64,000 nt of DNA from Alphaproteobacteria bacterium. GTDB lineage: Bacteria > Pseudomonadota > Alphaproteobacteria > Bin95. Shown piece after piece: positions 61,511 through 64,000 of this stretch. The first letter of the stretch is position 1. The number at the start of each line of letters is the position of its first letter. The notes beneath the pieces were generated by a model. The model was not told the DNA's origin. It saw only the letters and a program-made list of their open reading frames with translations, and did not search any database. Made by a program: the position numbers and the translations under genes. Location of the stretch: positions 992,001 through 1,056,000 of the forward strand of contig CAXXWS020000003.1 in the NCBI GenBank assembly GCA_963665325.3. Reading direction: 5' to 3'.

Positions 61511-62824
61511 CTATCGGTGTCCGACATCGAGGTTGCGCTCCAGATACATCGAATAGCGCGACATGGCGAAACAGAAGATGAAGAAGAACAGCGCGATGAA
61601 GCCGTAAAGCTCCCACACGATGCCATTCCAGTTCTGGTCGGCGCGGATCGGCTGCAGCAGGCCCACCGGGTCCAGCAGCCCGATGATGATGACGAGGGTC
61701 GTGTCCTTGAACAGGCCGATGAAGGTGTTGACGATCCCCGGAATGGAAATCTTGAGAGCCTGCGGCAGGATGATGAGGCGCATCGACTTCCAGTAGTCCA
61801 GCCCGAGGGAATCGGCGGCCTCGTACTGCCCTCTGGGCAGCCCCGCGAGCCCGCCGCGGATGACCTCCGCCATGTAGGCTGAGGCAAAGGCGGTCACCAT
61901 GATGACCACGCGCAGGATCAGGTCGAATTCCGTGCCGGGCGGCAGGAAGTAGGAGAGCAGCAGCCAGGCGACGAACAGCAGCGTGATCAGCGGCACGCCG
62001 CGAATGAACTCGATGAACCCGACGCAAACCGCCTTGATGAGGATCAGGTTGGACTGCCGCCCGAGCGCGAGCACGATCCCGATGGGCAGCGAGCCCGCAA
62101 TGCCGGAGACACCGATGATGCTGGACAGCAGGAAACCGCCGAGCCTGGCGGACTCCACCGGCTCGAGGCCGATGGCCAGCACGGCGCTCAGCGCATCCTC
62201 GAAGGCGGTTACGCCGAACAGCCACCAGAGCGCCGTGGCGAGGATTCCCGTGCCGACGGCCGCCAGGGAAGCGATCCCTTCGTCCAGTCTTCCGCCCGCA
62301 AGCCGCGGCAGGAAGCGGACACAGGCCCAGCCGATGGCGGGACCGACGATGACGCCGACAGGTCCCCAGAGGGAGCCGCCCCAGATCAGCCAGTAAGCGA
62401 GAAGCGGATAGAGGGCGGTGAAGATGAGCAGCTTGCGCGGCGCGGAGCTGAACAGCGCGGGCCAGATCGCGACGAACAGCAGCACGAAGGTCACGACCGG
62501 CCGCCAGCGCAGATCGTCCGGATAGAACCCGAACACGAACTGCATGAAGCGTTCGTTGATGACGGCGAGACATGCGCCGTCGTCCACTTCCCGGCACCCC
62601 TGCAGCGAAGACGCGTTCCAGACCGAGTCCAGGAACAGCCAGGGCACGACCATGGCGAGGATATAGGCGACGAACGCGAGCGACAGCAGGGTCGCGACCG
62701 AATTGAAGATGCCCGAGAACAGGTTGTCCCGCGCCCATCCGAGTGCGCCGCCCGTCCTTACGGGCGGCGGCGATGGCGGGATTTGCCGCTCGGCAACGAA
62801 TGCGACGGGCCTTTCGCCGGCCAT
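61511..62824 (-). CDS. aapM: Amino-acid ABC transporter permease
   Basis: RGVPLI, AYMAEVIRGG and FIGLFKDT. Confidence 0.92.
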   Translation of the reverse strand: MAGERPVAFVAERQIPPSPPPVRTGGALGWARDNLFSGIFNSVATLLSLAFVAYILAMVVPWLFLDSVWNASSLQGCREVDDGACLAVINERFMQFVFGFYPDDLRWRPVVTFVLLFVAIWPALFSSAPRKLLIFTALYPLLAYWLIWGGSLWGPVGVIVGPAIGWACVRFLPRLAGGRLDEGIASLAAVGTGILATALWWLFGVTAFEDALSAVLAIGLEPVESARLGGFLLSSIIGVSGIAGSLPIGIVLALGRQSNLILIKAVCVGFIEFIRGVPLITLLFVAWLLLSYFLPPGTEFDLILRVVIMVTAFASAYMAEVIRGGLAGLPRGQYEAADSLGLDYWKSMRLIILPQALKISIPGIVNTFIGLFKDTTLVIIIGLLDPVGLLQPIRADQNWNGIVWELYGFIALFFFIFCFAMSRYSMYLERNLDVGHR

Positions 62825-62825
62825 C

Positions 62826-64000
62826 TCAGCGCTCCTTCAGCCCGGCGCGTCGGTTGTAGGCGTTCATGGCCCCGGAAATCGTCAGCGAGGCCGCCAGGTA
62901 GAACGCCATCAGGAGCAGGATGCACTCCATCTCGCGGCCCGTCTGATTCAACGTGATGCCGCCGAGCGTCCCGGTGGCGTCCATGTATCCGACAGCGATG
63001 GCGAGCGACGAGTTCTTGGTCAGATTGAGGAACTGGCTGATGAGCGGCGGCACGATGACGCGAAGCGCCTGAGGCAGCACGACGAGGCTCATGGTCCGCC
63101 CGGGCCTGAGGCCGAGCGCATGGGCCGCCTCCGTCTGGCCCTTGCTGATCGCGAGGATGCCGGCGCGCACGATCTCGGCGATGAAGGCGCCGGTATAGAC
63201 CGAGAGCGCGAGCCACAAGCCGATCAGGCTGTCGCGCATATAGATGCCGCCCTTGAAATTGAAGCCCTTGAGGGCGGGAAGCTCCAGCGAGATCGGCGAG
63301 CCCATGGCGAAGAACGCGAGCAGGACCGGGACGGTGAGAATTGCGAGCCGGACCCGGAACACCGGTAGTATCTGGCCGGTCGCCGCCTGCCGGACCCTGG
63401 CCCAGCGGCCGAAATACCAGGCTGCGGCTAACGACAGCAGCAGCACTGCGCCAACTACTGCCGAACCCGCTTCGAAGACCGGGGCCGGGATGTAGAAGCC
63501 CCTGTTGGTGATGAAGACGCTGTCGAACAGGAAGCCGCTCATCGCGTCCTCGCCCCGGAACGACCTGATACCCGGAAGGGCTTCGTTGACGATGGCGACC
63601 GTGAACAGGATCCAGATAAGGACCGGAATGTTGCGGACCGTCTCGATATAGACCGTCATCAGCCGCGCGACGACCCAGTTCCGGGAAAGCCGGAGCACGC
63701 CGACGAAAATGCCGATGACCGTCGCGGTAATGCAGCCCATGATCGCGACGAGGATGGTGTTGATAATGCCGACAAGGGCGGCGCGCCCGTGCGTGGACGT
63801 CGAATCGTAGTCGAGCAGGTGCTGGTTGATGTCGTAGGCGGAGGTTTCGAAGATGAAACCGAAATCGATGTCCTTGCCGAGCGCCGCGAGGTTCCGGACT
63901 GCGTTGTCTATCGCCCATGCGAAGGCCAGCATGATGACGATCAGTGCAAAGATCTGAATCGTGTAGGAACGATATCTGGTGTCGTAGAGGAGCTGCCTGA
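62826..64000 (-). CDS. aapQ: Amino-acid ABC transporter permease (5' end outside the window)
   Basis: RNIPVLI, AFIAEIVRAG and LTKNSSLA. Confidence 0.92.
   Translation of the reverse strand, partial: RQLLYDTRYRSYTIQIFALIVIMLAFAWAIDNAVRNLAALGKDIDFGFIFETSAYDINQHLLDYDSTSTHGRAALVGIINTILVAIMGCITATVIGIFVGVLRLSRNWVVARLMTVYIETVRNIPVLIWILFTVAIVNEALPGIRSFRGEDAMSGFLFDSVFITNRGFYIPAPVFEAGSAVVGAVLLLSLAAAWYFGRWARVRQAATGQILPVFRVRLAILTVPVLLAFFAMGSPISLELPALKGFNFKGGIYMRDSLIGLWLALSVYTGAFIAEIVRAGILAISKGQTEAAHALGLRPGRTMSLVVLPQALRVIVPPLISQFLNLTKNSSLAIAVGYMDATGTLGGITLNQTGREMECILLLMAFYLAASLTISGAMNAYNRRAGLKER

Overview
A high-GC alphaproteobacterial chromosome segment interrupted by a ~30.8 kb integrative mobilisable element (7718-38539). 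The element lies inside a cysteine hydrolase (isochorismatase-family) gene. The 5' part is at 38987-38530 and the 3' part at 7727-7540, and the two halves rejoin in frame across a 10-bp direct repeat, ACGAAGGTGT. The element carries two tandem tyrosine integrases plus a decayed second pair, four MobC-like ribbon-helix-helix genes around an AT-rich repeat region, an McrBC-type restriction pair, a MOBF relaxase-helicase (no T4SS), a MORN-repeat protein and a lipoprotein/secreted-nuclease operon. Its most notable cargo is an NRPS-free, lower-GC biosynthetic cluster (20838-30888). It combines a flavin N-hydroxylase, a PaiB-family protein with KtzT/PzbB piperazate-synthase-type motifs, an orphan EctB-type diaminobutyrate transaminase, a stand-alone adenylating enzyme, an Ldh_2 reductase, MFS and FNT transporters and a LysR regulator. 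I infer an N-N-bond pathway, possibly making a five-membered pyrazolidine (aza-proline) product from DABA. Left backbone: two-component system, DegP, meaB, methylmalonyl-CoA mutase, ddpX. Right backbone: polyamine-binding protein, duplicated DMT transporters, ftsK-lolA, a GS-like/Rieske oxygenase cluster, a TRAP transporter, a TauD pseudogene and aapQMP. No rRNA, tRNA or CRISPR array was recognised. All calls come from reading motifs by eye; no database searches were run.
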